From Geopsychrobacteraceae bacterium (GTDB lineage: Bacteria > Desulfobacterota > Desulfuromonadia > Desulfuromonadales > Geopsychrobacteraceae): a DNA stretch of 64,000 bases. Made by a program: the position numbers and the translations under genes. A model generated the notes under the pieces. The model was not told where the DNA came from. It saw only the letters and a program-made list of their open reading frames with translations, and made no database searches. The stretch covers positions 192,001 through 256,000 of the forward strand of contig OY759353.1 in the NCBI GenBank assembly GCA_963662315.1, in the 5' to 3' direction. Shown here one piece after another: positions 19,954 to 31,521 of the stretch. The stretch's first letter is position 1, and the number at the start of each line of letters is the position of its first letter.

Positions 19954-20910
19954 ATGGCAGAACAGACCAAACAAGAGATACTTCTTGAAAGCGGAACCAA
20001 TGAGTTAGAGATCATTGAGTTTTATGTTGGATCTCAACCTCTTGGTATTAATGTTCAGAAGCTTAAAGAAATTATTTCTTTTGATGAATCAAACCTGACG
20101 GTTATTCCGGACAGTCATCCGTCAATGATGGGGACCTTGCTGCTGCGCGGTGATACTATCCCTCTTATAGATCTTAAAAAACACCTTAAGCAGCGCCATC
20201 AGCCGGCTACCCTTGAAACCCAGAGACCGGTTGTCATGGTCTGTGAATTCAATCACCGCACTAATGGTTTCAAAGTCGATGGTGTGAACCAGATTCACCG
20301 GATCTCATGGAGTAACGTTGAACCTATCGCGCCGATTCTGGCCAAGTTTGAACCGCGTTTTACCGGCAGTATCCATGTTGGTGACCATGAAGTTCTGCTG
20401 CTGGATCTCGAACATATCGTCGGTGAACTCGATCCCGATTCCGTCCTGGATGGGAAGCAGGCTGGACCAGCCGCTGAATCGTCTGATGCCCCTTTGCATA
20501 ATCGGGACAATGCCAAAATTCTGATGGCTGAAGATTCGACGATCATCCGGTCGGGACTGGAAAAGGTCTTAAAGGAGGCGGGTTTTAACCGCCTTGAAGT
20601 GTTTGTAGACGGGGAAAAGTGCTATCAGAGGATCCTTGAGCTGAAGCAGCAGGCCGATGCTGAACAGGTCGATATTCGCAATTATTTGCGCATGGTTATC
20701 AGTGATATCGAGATGCCCAAGATGGATGGTCTGACATTGTGCCGCAAAGTCAAAGAGGGATTGGGGTATAAGCATCTGCCAGTCGTGCTGTTTTCATCCC
20801 TGATCAATCCACCGATGGAAGTAAAGTGTGACTCCGTTGGTGCCGATAATTATGCGGCTAAACCCGAGGTCGCCAAGTTGATCAAGTTGATTGATGAGTA
20901 CATTCAGTAA
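19954..20910 (+). CDS. cheV: Chemotaxis protein CheV (CheW + receiver)
   Basis: ILLESGTNELEIIEF CheW start; AEDS, SDIEMPKMDG, FSSL receiver motifs. Confidence 0.9.
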   Translation: MAEQTKQEILLESGTNELEIIEFYVGSQPLGINVQKLKEIISFDESNLTVIPDSHPSMMGTLLLRGDTIPLIDLKKHLKQRHQPATLETQRPVVMVCEFNHRTNGFKVDGVNQIHRISWSNVEPIAPILAKFEPRFTGSIHVGDHEVLLLDLEHIVGELDPDSVLDGKQAGPAAESSDAPLHNRDNAKILMAEDSTIIRSGLEKVLKEAGFNRLEVFVDGEKCYQRILELKQQADAEQVDIRNYLRMVISDIEMPKMDGLTLCRKVKEGLGYKHLPVVLFSSLINPPMEVKCDSVGADNYAAKPEVAKLIKLIDEYIQ

Positions 20911-20934
20911 GGCTTGTTGCTTAAACAAAATGAT

Positions 20935-20965
20935 AACGCCCCGGTAGCGCTTTTACCGGGGCGTT
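20935..20965. terminator. Terminator between convergent cheV and katG
   Basis: AACGCCCCGGTA / TACCGGGGCGTT inverted repeat. Confidence 0.7.
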
Positions 20966-20972
20966 TGTGTTG

Positions 20973-23315
<2,343 letters not shown>

Positions 23316-23572
23316 CTATCAAACGTGTTGGAAAATGTGTCGAAGTCTGTATCTGATCGGACAGACACTGTCAGAAGAAGTTTCTGGATGCCCACCACTT
23401 GGGATGAACAGATCGGTTTTAACTGTAAAGGGCAGATTGTTAAACTCACTGTAGAAACCATCAATAGAGTGCCATAGTTCCTCGACACCAGATTTAAGTC
23501 CGTATCCTTTTACGGACAGCTCTTCACGATCAGCACCTTGAGAATCCTTTTTCTTTCTCTAGGGAGAGCATT

Positions 23573-24709
23573 TCAAGCGTAAGCGGTTTTAAGTAAGTCC
23601 ACCAGTTCGGCAACCGTTGGCTGTTTGGGATTGGTCATGGTGCTCATTTCAAGCATGGCTTCTTCCGCTAACATCGAAAAATCGGTCTCCGGAACACCTA
23701 AATCCTTGAGTTGTGGAATGCCGATGGTTGTTGCGAGTTGCTGTAAACGGGAGACAATCCTGTCACCGAGATCAGATTGCTCACCATCAATCCCCATTGC
23801 GGAGGCCAGTGCCTTGAGTTTGGAATCGAAGCTACCCAGATTATAGTTTATAACATGGGGCAAAAAGACCGCATTGGCGACCCCATGGGGGATGTTATAG
23901 TGAGCGCTCAAAGGGTGGGCCAAGGAATGAACCAAGCCCAGTAGTGCTGAATTAAAGGCCATTCCGGCCATAAAGCTTCCCAGCATCATATCGGAGCGGG
24001 ATTTTATATCACCGTCAGCAACCGCCTGCTCAAGGCTGCCCATGATCAGGACGATGGCATCAAGAGCGATGCCATCAGTCACCGGCGAGGCCAGGGTTGA
24101 GATATAAGCTTCAATGGCATGGGTCAAGGCGTCCATACCCGTTGAGGACGTGATTGCGGCCGGCAGCTTTACTGTCAGCATAGGATCACAGACTGCGATC
24201 CTGCCACCGACGAACTGCCCGGCGATAACCATTTTTTTATGACGTCGGGTGTCCGTAACAACGGTCACAGAGGTAACCTCGCTGCCAGTTCCGGCAGTGG
24301 TCGGAACCATAACCAGGGGCAAGGTTGGCTTAGCAACCTTATTCACGCCCTCATAATCCGATATCTTTCCACCATTGGTCAGTAGGATATTAACGGCCTT
24401 AGCACAGTCGATAACGCTACCACCTCCGATAGCGAGCAGGGCATCGACCTTGTGATCGGCAGCAAAGTTTGCCGCTCTATGAACCAGTTCATCCGTCGGG
24501 TTAGGTTCAACATCGGCAAAGGTCACATGCTCAAGATCGGCTGCCTCCAGAATGGCCGTCAGCTTAGCGGCCATTCCCAAAGAAACCATCGCCTGGTCGC
24601 AAACCAGCAGCACATTTCTGGCTCCAAAGTTGTTGAGCAGTTCGCCACATTTGTTGCTGCTGTTTTCACCGAAAAAGAGAGTTGAGGGAATATCGAAAAC
24701 GAAACTCAT
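23573..24709 (-). CDS. Iron-containing alcohol dehydrogenase
   Basis: GGGSVID, TTAGTGSE, DALTHAIE, HSLAH..PHG. Confidence 0.9.
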   Translation of the reverse strand: MSFVFDIPSTLFFGENSSNKCGELLNNFGARNVLLVCDQAMVSLGMAAKLTAILEAADLEHVTFADVEPNPTDELVHRAANFAADHKVDALLAIGGGSVIDCAKAVNILLTNGGKISDYEGVNKVAKPTLPLVMVPTTAGTGSEVTSVTVVTDTRRHKKMVIAGQFVGGRIAVCDPMLTVKLPAAITSSTGMDALTHAIEAYISTLASPVTDGIALDAIVLIMGSLEQAVADGDIKSRSDMMLGSFMAGMAFNSALLGLVHSLAHPLSAHYNIPHGVANAVFLPHVINYNLGSFDSKLKALASAMGIDGEQSDLGDRIVSRLQQLATTIGIPQLKDLGVPETDFSMLAEEAMLEMSTMTNPKQPTVAELVDLLKTAYA

Positions 24710-24813
24710 AAATTTATTCCTTATTGGGATCAGCGTTAAGAAAATGGCTGTCAGGATATATTCATCAGTGACAGCCCAGAGAAGACATCATGCGCTTCTA
24801 AAGCAACTTATGT

Positions 24814-25953
24814 TCAGACATTGAACTGGGCATTTGCGCTAAAGCGTTCATACCCGAGTTCGCTGATATCTATGGTGGGAACCTCATCACAGGACAATTG
24901 CGCCAGGACAGTCCCCACGGCAGGCGCAATGCCGAAGCCATGGCCTGAAAAGCCACAGGCCAGAATCAAACCGGGAACGTCATCAACGGGACTGAGGACA
25001 GGGACTTTATCTTCGCACACATCAAGTAAGCCAACCCAGCTGCGCACCACCTTTGCGTGTTTCAAAGCCGGTATATAACCGAGAATCCCTTTGCAGGTTG
25101 CCGCCGTAGCGGCGACTGGAGGGTGATCTGCATTAGCGCAAATACTGGCGGAATCAAGAGGTGTTCCCCCACCAAAAACAAAGGAACCATGGGTCGTCTG
25201 ATGACCGTAAAAATCAGCCTTGGCGGTACCAAGCATCTGATAAAACATGGGCGGCTGTGCATCGGTGATCAGGGTGTCCAGAGCAACTGTTTTCATCGGT
25301 ACGTCAATGCCAACACTTTGTGAGATAGCGCGACTTTCATAGCCTGCTGCAAGGACGATTTTTTCTGCTTCATACTCACCACAAGCGGTCACGATTTTTC
25401 TGGCTCGGCCGCCAACCATTTTTATCGAAAGGACATTTTGCCCGGTAAGAAAGCGAACCCCCAATTGGCTCGCCTTATTGTAAAATGCCATGGTTGTCAG
25501 CAAGGGGTTGGCGTGACCATCGCTCTGGCACCAACTGGCCCCAATCACTTCATCGGACAGGTACGGACATATCTCTCTGACTTCTTCACGGTTGACCATC
25601 TTCACATCAAGGCCCAAAGAAACGGCGCTAGCGGTAAGCCCCTGAAGTATCTTAAGGTGTTCAGCAGTTTTCCCCAGCCGCAGATTTCCTTGCTGGTAAT
25701 ATTCGACGTCTGTTCCCAACTCTTCCGAAAGATGCGGCCAGAGGTTTTGAACCCCATACATAGCCAGCGGCAGTTCCCTTTTATCTCGGCCAGACTGGCG
25801 CACTCCACCACCGTTACGGGACGATCCGCCATATCCGATCACCTTACCTTTTTCGAGGACAATGACCGTTTTTCCTTTTTTCGCTAAATAGTAGGCGGTC
25901 GCACAACCGATAATACCGCCCCCTACAATAATTACATCTGCACTTGTCTTCAT
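24814..25953 (-). CDS. FAD-dependent amine/opine oxidoreductase, DadA/SoxB/OoxB/HcnC-like subunit
   Basis: GGGIIG, GGSSRNGGG, GFSGHGFG motifs. Confidence 0.8.
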   Translation of the reverse strand: MKTSADVIIVGGGIIGCATAYYLAKKGKTVIVLEKGKVIGYGGSSRNGGGVRQSGRDKRELPLAMYGVQNLWPHLSEELGTDVEYYQQGNLRLGKTAEHLKILQGLTASAVSLGLDVKMVNREEVREICPYLSDEVIGASWCQSDGHANPLLTTMAFYNKASQLGVRFLTGQNVLSIKMVGGRARKIVTACGEYEAEKIVLAAGYESRAISQSVGIDVPMKTVALDTLITDAQPPMFYQMLGTAKADFYGHQTTHGSFVFGGGTPLDSASICANADHPPVAATAATCKGILGYIPALKHAKVVRSWVGLLDVCEDKVPVLSPVDDVPGLILACGFSGHGFGIAPAVGTVLAQLSCDEVPTIDISELGYERFSANAQFNV

Positions 25954-25988
25954 TTGGCCTCATTTTCTGCAGTCATCCAGGTGGTCCT

Positions 25989-26238
25989 ATAGCGGTTTCT
26001 GTCTTTACATTTGACTGCCTGAATCGAGTTTATTTCTACGTTTCTGCCACTGCTATTTGGTTTTCAGCCGGAAACGGCCCTTTTCCGCTGTGGCGGCGTC
26101 AATCTGCGGGTTTTCTTGTGCGGCGTAAAGTACTACGCCTCCGCGCACCCCCTTGATTTCCTTGCCACAACGAAAAATTGCTCGTTTCCAATCTGAAAAC
26201 TTAGCCGTTGCTCTGCGGAGTTTCCGGATGGCAACTAT
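25989..26238. repeat. About 250-bp non-coding element folding into a long nested hairpin (MITE/REP-like)
   Basis: Nested inverted repeats 26052-26205: GTTTTCAG/CTGAAAAC, GGAAACG/CGTTTCC, TGTGGC/GCCACA, TCAA/TTGA, GGCGTA/TACGCC; ATAG...CTAT ends; single copy in this window. Confidence 0.55.
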
Positions 26239-26254
26239 TTAGGTTATCCTGGCG

Positions 26255-27637
26255 TCATAATTCCAGGGTTGCCATCTGCTCTATGCTTAACGGCGTCAAA
26301 GGGGCTCTGACTCGCAGCGAACCAACCTGGGGCATATCAAGATCACAGCTATCGGCGATAATTTCGGCAACGGTGGCTGCGCACATGCGTCCCTGGCAGG
26401 GGCCCATTCCGGAACGCGTTTGCCCCTTGATCTGGGCGGGGTGACGTGCTCCCTGGGCGATGGCTTCGCGGATCTGCCCGGCCGTCAGTTCTTCACAACG
26501 ACAGACAAGGGTCGTGTCATCCGGAGGGACCAGAGCCTGACGGCTTGGTGGAAAGACGTGGTCGAGAAAGGGGCGGATCAACATGTCCCGATGGGCTTTT
26601 TTACGATACAGCGCAGCGAGATGATCGCGCTCTGCCGCACTGATCTTCTGCAGCTGCCAGGCCATATCGATAGCGGCCAGATGGCCAGCGTAAGCCGCCA
26701 TCGGTCCGCCGCCAATACCACCGGCATCGCCGGCAACCGAAACTCCCGGCACGCTGGTGCGTCCCCAGGGATCCAGGACCGGTCGCCAGTAACGCTGCGG
26801 CTCGTACCATTCGTGTTCACAGTTAAGCAGTTGGGAAAGACGCAGGTTTGGAACGACTCCTTCATGGAGCAGGACGGTTGCTGCCGCAACGTCATGTTGT
26901 TTGCCGCGACAAGTAAAGCGCAAGCCTTCTGCCCGGCCCTTGCCGATGACAGCCAGGTCTCGACAGCCGATGTACAGCGGCACTTTGGCGCGTCGTACCT
27001 TCAGGCGCATCTGCAACCCCTTCACCAGGTAGCTGCTACGGCGCAATGCCCCGGGCAGAAAAGGAATTGCCCCCAAATAATCCCGTAACCCGGCTGTTTC
27101 GACCATAGCCGCAATCTTGACCCCGTTGTCAACAAGGTGACAGGCAACCAGCAACAACAGTGGACCGCTACCAGCCAGAACAACCGGCCCTTCAGGAACC
27201 ATGTCCGAAGATTTGAACAGAATATCGGCCGCTGCCGCACCCATTACCCCAGGTAGAGTCCAGTTAGGAATGGGCACTGGTCGTTCTGTCGCTCCAGTAC
27301 TGAAGAGCAGCTGCCGCCCGCCCACACGCCTTGATCCTGCTGAAGACAGCAGGTCAATATTGAAAGAATTCTCAATATTCCAGACGCTGGTATTCGGCAG
27401 ATACGTCACACCAGAGGCACGGAAAGAGTCGACCAGAGGTTTACCGGCAAAGTAGTCCTTGCCAAGAACATGGGAGTTTTCCGGGAGGCTTCTCTCTATT
27501 GCCCGATAGATCTGCCCGCCGGGTTCCGGCTGTTCATCGACCAGCAGGGTTGAGAGTCCCAATTTGTCGGCAGTGACGGCTGCCGCGAGCCCACCGGGGC
27601 CTGCACCAACAACAACTAAGTCGTAAATATTATCCAT
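26255..27637 (-). CDS. NAD(P)/FAD oxidoreductase with C-terminal BFD-like Cys cluster (OoxA/HcnB-like)
   Basis: GAGPGG, PGGQIYR, TGATERPVPIP, VCRCEE..GMGPCQGRMC. Confidence 0.85.
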   Translation of the reverse strand: MDNIYDLVVVGAGPGGLAAAVTADKLGLSTLLVDEQPEPGGQIYRAIERSLPENSHVLGKDYFAGKPLVDSFRASGVTYLPNTSVWNIENSFNIDLLSSAGSRRVGGRQLLFSTGATERPVPIPNWTLPGVMGAAAADILFKSSDMVPEGPVVLAGSGPLLLLVACHLVDNGVKIAAMVETAGLRDYLGAIPFLPGALRRSSYLVKGLQMRLKVRRAKVPLYIGCRDLAVIGKGRAEGLRFTCRGKQHDVAAATVLLHEGVVPNLRLSQLLNCEHEWYEPQRYWRPVLDPWGRTSVPGVSVAGDAGGIGGGPMAAYAGHLAAIDMAWQLQKISAAERDHLAALYRKKAHRDMLIRPFLDHVFPPSRQALVPPDDTTLVCRCEELTAGQIREAIAQGARHPAQIKGQTRSGMGPCQGRMCAATVAEIIADSCDLDMPQVGSLRVRAPLTPLSIEQMATLEL

Positions 27638-27935
27638 TGCTCAGTTCTTTCACTCCCTGCTGGCGATTGACAACCATGCCCTCGCGAACCTGGATCGTGC
27701 AGGCCTGTTGATTAGGAATGCCGTCAATTTCCATAAGACACTCAAAGCAGACGCCCATGTGACAGTAGCCCGAACGATGCTCACCACTGATTGGCGTGGT
27801 TCGGTTATAGCCTGCTCCAGCGGCCATAACCGCGGCAATAACGGTTTCTCCTGCCGGAACATTCAGCTGCTGTCCCTCAAAGGTGATCGTGACCCGTGCA
27901 CCTCCAGGTCTGTTTTCGTGCAACCTTTTCAACAT
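27630..27935 (-). CDS. [2Fe-2S]-binding subunit (HcnA-like)
   Basis: YCHMGVCFECLMEIDG..QAC; AAGGAG RBS; overlaps the next gene by 8 nt. Confidence 0.85.
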   Translation of the reverse strand: MLKRLHENRPGGARVTITFEGQQLNVPAGETVIAAVMAAGAGYNRTTPISGEHRSGYCHMGVCFECLMEIDGIPNQQACTIQVREGMVVNRQQGVKELSNG

Positions 27936-27993
27936 CTGTAACTCCTTGCAAACAACGGGACCCACTCTTGCGCTTCAATCCCATCTTCTGCTC

Positions 27994-29127
27994 TTAGGCC
28001 AGGTAGGGTTTCTCCCACAGGTTCAACTTGGTACCGATCCCTTTTTCCAGGGCATTGCGATAAACTTCGGTCCCCCAGGCAACATCTTCGATGGGGAGGC
28101 CACCAACAGAATAGATAATGATCTCAGCGTCGCTGGTCCGAGCAGGAACCTTTCCGGTCAGGACGTCACCAAGGTCGATCAGGTCTTCACGCTGCATAAT
28201 ACCGTCAGCCATCAGGTCCATGCAGTGAACCGCCGGAATCGGAATCGTGTGATAGGCGGGGTAAGGCATCTCTTCGGCCCAGGCCTCGTAAAGTCCGACG
28301 TAGTCAGCGACATTACGCGCCCGGTTGAGGATGAAATCATCATCAAAACGGGCCGCGGCGGGACAGCAGATGACTGCACCCGGCTTGATCCATTGTTCGT
28401 TAACGTATGGATATTCGCTGACATCACCGGTCGGTGAGGAGGTCGCGATATGGACGATATCAGCATCGCGAACAGCAGCTTCGATACTGTCTACGATTTC
28501 GTATTCTTTGATCGATGGATGATTCTCTTTGGCATAGGCGATAAAGCTGTCAATGGACTTCTGGCTGCGTCCTTTGATCTTGACCTTCTCAATATCCGGT
28601 CTCACCGCCAGGGTCGAAGAAAGGGCGGTCTTGCTCATGACTCCAGGACCAACCACTCCGACAACCTTGGCATCGGCCTTGGCAAAGTACTTGATGCCAA
28701 CCCCGGGAACCGCTCCGGTGCGGTAAGCGCTTAGAATATTTGCCGACATATAGGCCAGTGGTGCTCCGGTGTTCTTGCAGTTGAGAGTCAGCATCAATAC
28801 TGAACGAGGCAGATTTTTTTCCTTGTTTTCAGTGTTTGAACCGTACCACTTCATGCCGACCATATCGAACCGTCCACCGAGGTAGGCTGGCATGGCCATA
28901 AAGCGCCGGTCAGGACCGTTAAGCGGCATGTTGGGAAACGGACTTTCTTCGGGGAACATCATCATGACCCCGTGAGAATTATTCTCGGGTCCGCCCATGC
29001 GGAAATCGCCTGATTTTAACAGGCGGAACATTTCTTCCATGGTGTTGACACAGCCGGGCATATCAGTCACTCCGGCCTTGATCATGTCCGGCTCGCTGAG
29101 ATAAAGAAAATCAATTTGGGTATTCAT
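27994..29127 (-). CDS. Ornithine cyclodeaminase/mu-crystallin family protein (resembles proteins annotated tyramine oxidase subunit B)
   Basis: IDFLYLSEPDMIKAGV, RRFMAMPAYLGG, KWYGSN, LSAYRTGAVPG, GGLPIEDVAWG. Confidence 0.75.
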   Translation of the reverse strand: MNTQIDFLYLSEPDMIKAGVTDMPGCVNTMEEMFRLLKSGDFRMGGPENNSHGVMMMFPEESPFPNMPLNGPDRRFMAMPAYLGGRFDMVGMKWYGSNTENKEKNLPRSVLMLTLNCKNTGAPLAYMSANILSAYRTGAVPGVGIKYFAKADAKVVGVVGPGVMSKTALSSTLAVRPDIEKVKIKGRSQKSIDSFIAYAKENHPSIKEYEIVDSIEAAVRDADIVHIATSSPTGDVSEYPYVNEQWIKPGAVICCPAAARFDDDFILNRARNVADYVGLYEAWAEEMPYPAYHTIPIPAVHCMDLMADGIMQREDLIDLGDVLTGKVPARTSDAEIIIYSVGGLPIEDVAWGTEVYRNALEKGIGTKLNLWEKPYLA

Positions 29128-29153
29128 CAGATTTCTCCTTTAACTTTTACTTT

Positions 29154-29552
29154 TCAACTCAGACATTCACAGCCGATCATGGCTTCGAGCTCAATCTCTA
29201 CCAGCTGGCTTGGCCGGTTGAGCTTCGGAGTTTCAACCATGGTGAACAAAGGTCGAACGTCCTTGAAAAACTCACTGAATGCGTCAGCAACTTCGCGGGC
29301 ATAGGCCATATCAGTGACATAAGCCTTGATTTTATAAACATCTTTGGCTTCTGCCCCCGCCCGTTTAAGCAGTTCGATGAACTTACTAAAAATATAATGG
29401 CTCTGGTCATAGGGCGTCAGACCAAAAACCGATCCGTCCGCCTTTATCGCCGTCGTACCGCCGATATGAATCTGGTTGCCGACTTTGACCATCCGTGAAT
29501 AGCCGACAACATCCTCAAGGGGTGATTCCGAGGAAAAATTTGCTCTTTGCAT
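29154..29552 (-). CDS. RidA/Rid-family imine deaminase
   Basis: VGYSRMVKVGN, RP..TMV, LVEIELEA. Confidence 0.8.
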   Translation of the reverse strand: MQRANFSSESPLEDVVGYSRMVKVGNQIHIGGTTAIKADGSVFGLTPYDQSHYIFSKFIELLKRAGAEAKDVYKIKAYVTDMAYAREVADAFSEFFKDVRPLFTMVETPKLNRPSQLVEIELEAMIGCECLS

Positions 29553-29905
29553 AAAAAATCTCCTTAACCAAGATGGGCATTAAAAGCAAAACAAGTTCAA
29601 TGCCGCCAATCTGTGCCATGTCCGGAAGATCTTCTTATGAACCATCACTGTTTAAGAGAATGTTCAGATAGGTCTGGTTGACAGTCGCTGTCACCACCCG
29701 CCATGGCTTTAAAATGTGCTGCACACACTGTGCGTTACCGCGCCATTGCGGAATAGTTACCGACGTTAAACGGTGTGGGATAGGAATAAGCCGGAATATG
29801 AAGATAACGGTCACGCTTGGTCGGGATGCCTTCTTTGGCCATGCTCCCAGAAGCCAAGCTCCTATCACTATGATTCTGGATGTTAAGAGCAGCAGGAAAA
29901 ATAAG

Positions 29906-29925
29906 ATTGGAAAAATCGGAACGGT
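29906..29925 (-). promoter_or_regulatory. Shared 20-bp motif, copy 1 (candidate AraC site)
   Basis: ATTGGAAAAATCGGAACGGT, 18/20 identical to 33214-33233, same orientation upstream of a minus-strand operon. Confidence 0.65.
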
Positions 29926-29962
29926 CTTATCCTGAAAGCATTACTCTGGGTAGATTAGAGAC

Positions 29963-30000
29963 AAAAAAACAGCGCCATCGATGAAGACAGCGCTGTTTTT
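29963..30000 (-). terminator. Terminator of the permease-porin operon
   Basis: AAAAACAGCGC / GCGCTGTTTTT inverted repeat. Confidence 0.6.
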
Positions 30001-30028
30001 CGAGTTAGCAGCAATGAAATGAATGCGT

Positions 30029-30877
30029 TTAAAAGGAATAACCCAAGCGCAGCCACACATCGTCGCCGCGAGTATCATTGATTGCTTTTATGTCGTGAGT
30101 CCAGCGCAAGTTGAGCCCGAGGCGGTCATTGAACATATATCCTAACGATGGTCCGATCTGCCAGCGTTCGGCCTGACTATCGGCGACTTTATTACCCTGA
30201 GCTTTAATTTTCCCGAGATCACGATAAAAACCACCGTTAAGTCCAAGTGTAAGTTTTTCTGTCAGTTGATAGCCCATACTCGCTTCAACCTCAATTCGAT
30301 CTGGATTTGACGTCTTGGTGTCACTTTCTTCTCTATGCTGATAATAATTCAGATTCATATCATAAACCAGAGAGCCAAACTGTTTGTTCAAAGCCAATTG
30401 ATGCTCAAAATACCAGTGGTGGCCGCCTAAATTGATACTCTGCTCCTTATCCCATTCACCGGTGGGAGCCATGACATAAAACCAGTAAGACAGATAAGTC
30501 CGAGTGTCATCATTGTGATACAGAAAAATCGCGGGACCAAAGGCCAGATCTCCGATTCCTGAGGATGATTCCTTGAACAGTTTCGTTTCTTTGAGTTCGC
30601 CAAAGGGCAGAATCGCCTGAAAAGCGAAGGGGATATTACCCAGGGTTTTGTACCCAACCACCCGGGCAATGGCGACAGAAGCGGTCAAATCTGCGGAAAC
30701 CGCTTTATGACCATCACCATCGGTAAACTGATCAGCATGATAATAATTGCCATAGAACAGGCCATAAACACCTTGCGGAGGCAAGGCATTATCGTAAAAA
30801 TCGACCATAACGGCGCCAGCGTTGGTCGCGCCCAGAAACATCAGGAGTAAAACCAGTCTCATTGTTAACGTTTTCAT
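30029..30877 (-). CDS. Outer-membrane beta-barrel uptake protein (SphA / phenol meta-pathway type)
   Basis: Signal peptide, SGIGDL and APTGEWD..INLG motifs, C-terminal Phe; AAGGAG RBS. Confidence 0.75.
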   Translation of the reverse strand: MKTLTMRLVLLLMFLGATNAGAVMVDFYDNALPPQGVYGLFYGNYYHADQFTDGDGHKAVSADLTASVAIARVVGYKTLGNIPFAFQAILPFGELKETKLFKESSSGIGDLAFGPAIFLYHNDDTRTYLSYWFYVMAPTGEWDKEQSINLGGHHWYFEHQLALNKQFGSLVYDMNLNYYQHREESDTKTSNPDRIEVEASMGYQLTEKLTLGLNGGFYRDLGKIKAQGNKVADSQAERWQIGPSLGYMFNDRLGLNLRWTHDIKAINDTRGDDVWLRLGYSF

Positions 30878-30933
30878 TCTATTCTCCTTGTTGACAATGT
30901 GATTCATTGCCAATAGATAGTGAGTTTTCATTG

Positions 30934-31521
30934 TTAGTGATGTGACAGAACCCGCCTGAACGCCAGCAGAGCCAGAACGAGGTATTCGACCTGTTGCTGC
31001 TCAAGTTTCAGGTAACGGCGAAATGCCGGCAGGCGGTTCTCGACTTCACTGCCCGCATAAGGTTCCAGCTGCAGCCGCCATCCCTGTTCTGTCGCGGTTA
31101 TTTCACAATACCGAAAATGCAGACCATTCAGGGCCACCGCCAGATTCTTATCCTGTTCCAGGGCCAGACACAGGGGCTGCAGCGACTGACCAGAGGCCTG
31201 ATCAGTGCGACAGCGCACCCCGCGACTGCGTAACCAGCCACTATTTGCGATCATCACACGACCGTTTTGATGTGGCTCTTGTCCCGGAATTTCACAGGAT
31301 ATTCTGACCGCAGCAACATGCATCATAAAGTGAGCCTCAACCCGTTCCCTCAGGCTGCAGTTAAAGCGTCCCTGCTGCTCGGCCAGCTCGATCACACCAT
31401 TGCTATGACTGACAACGCTGAAGCGCCCGCTAAGATCTCGGCAGACACGTTGCAGAAGAGCTCCGGGAATGTAGCTCCGGGGATGCCGATTCCATAAATG
31501 ATTAAACAGCTTCACAGGCAT
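30934..31521 (-). CDS. DUF3156-like protein, overlapping the APC permease stop
   Basis: MPVK start overlaps the permease end; PGALLQRV.RDL, FMMH, EPYAGSEV.NRLP..RRYL pattern. Confidence 0.65.
   Translation of the reverse strand: MPVKLFNHLWNRHPRSYIPGALLQRVCRDLSGRFSVVSHSNGVIELAEQQGRFNCSLRERVEAHFMMHVAAVRISCEIPGQEPHQNGRVMIANSGWLRSRGVRCRTDQASGQSLQPLCLALEQDKNLAVALNGLHFRYCEITATEQGWRLQLEPYAGSEVENRLPAFRRYLKLEQQQVEYLVLALLAFRRVLSHH

Noticed and set aside
19560..19988. 142-aa ORF overlapping the cheV start
   Set aside because: TTG start with no RBS, runs through the AT-rich cheV upstream region, no recognisable family
24814..27935. Calling the three-subunit enzyme hydrogen cyanide synthase (hcnABC)
   Set aside because: The architecture is shared with opine and proline dehydrogenases; permease, porin, Rid and OCD context points to catabolism
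29602..29622. TGGCAC...GC on the minus strand as a sigma54 promoter for rid
   Set aside because: GG-to-GC spacing is 9 nt, not the required 10
29635..29935. 77-aa and 85-aa ORFs between rid and the porin gene
   Set aside because: No RBS, atypical composition, and they overlap the candidate regulatory region
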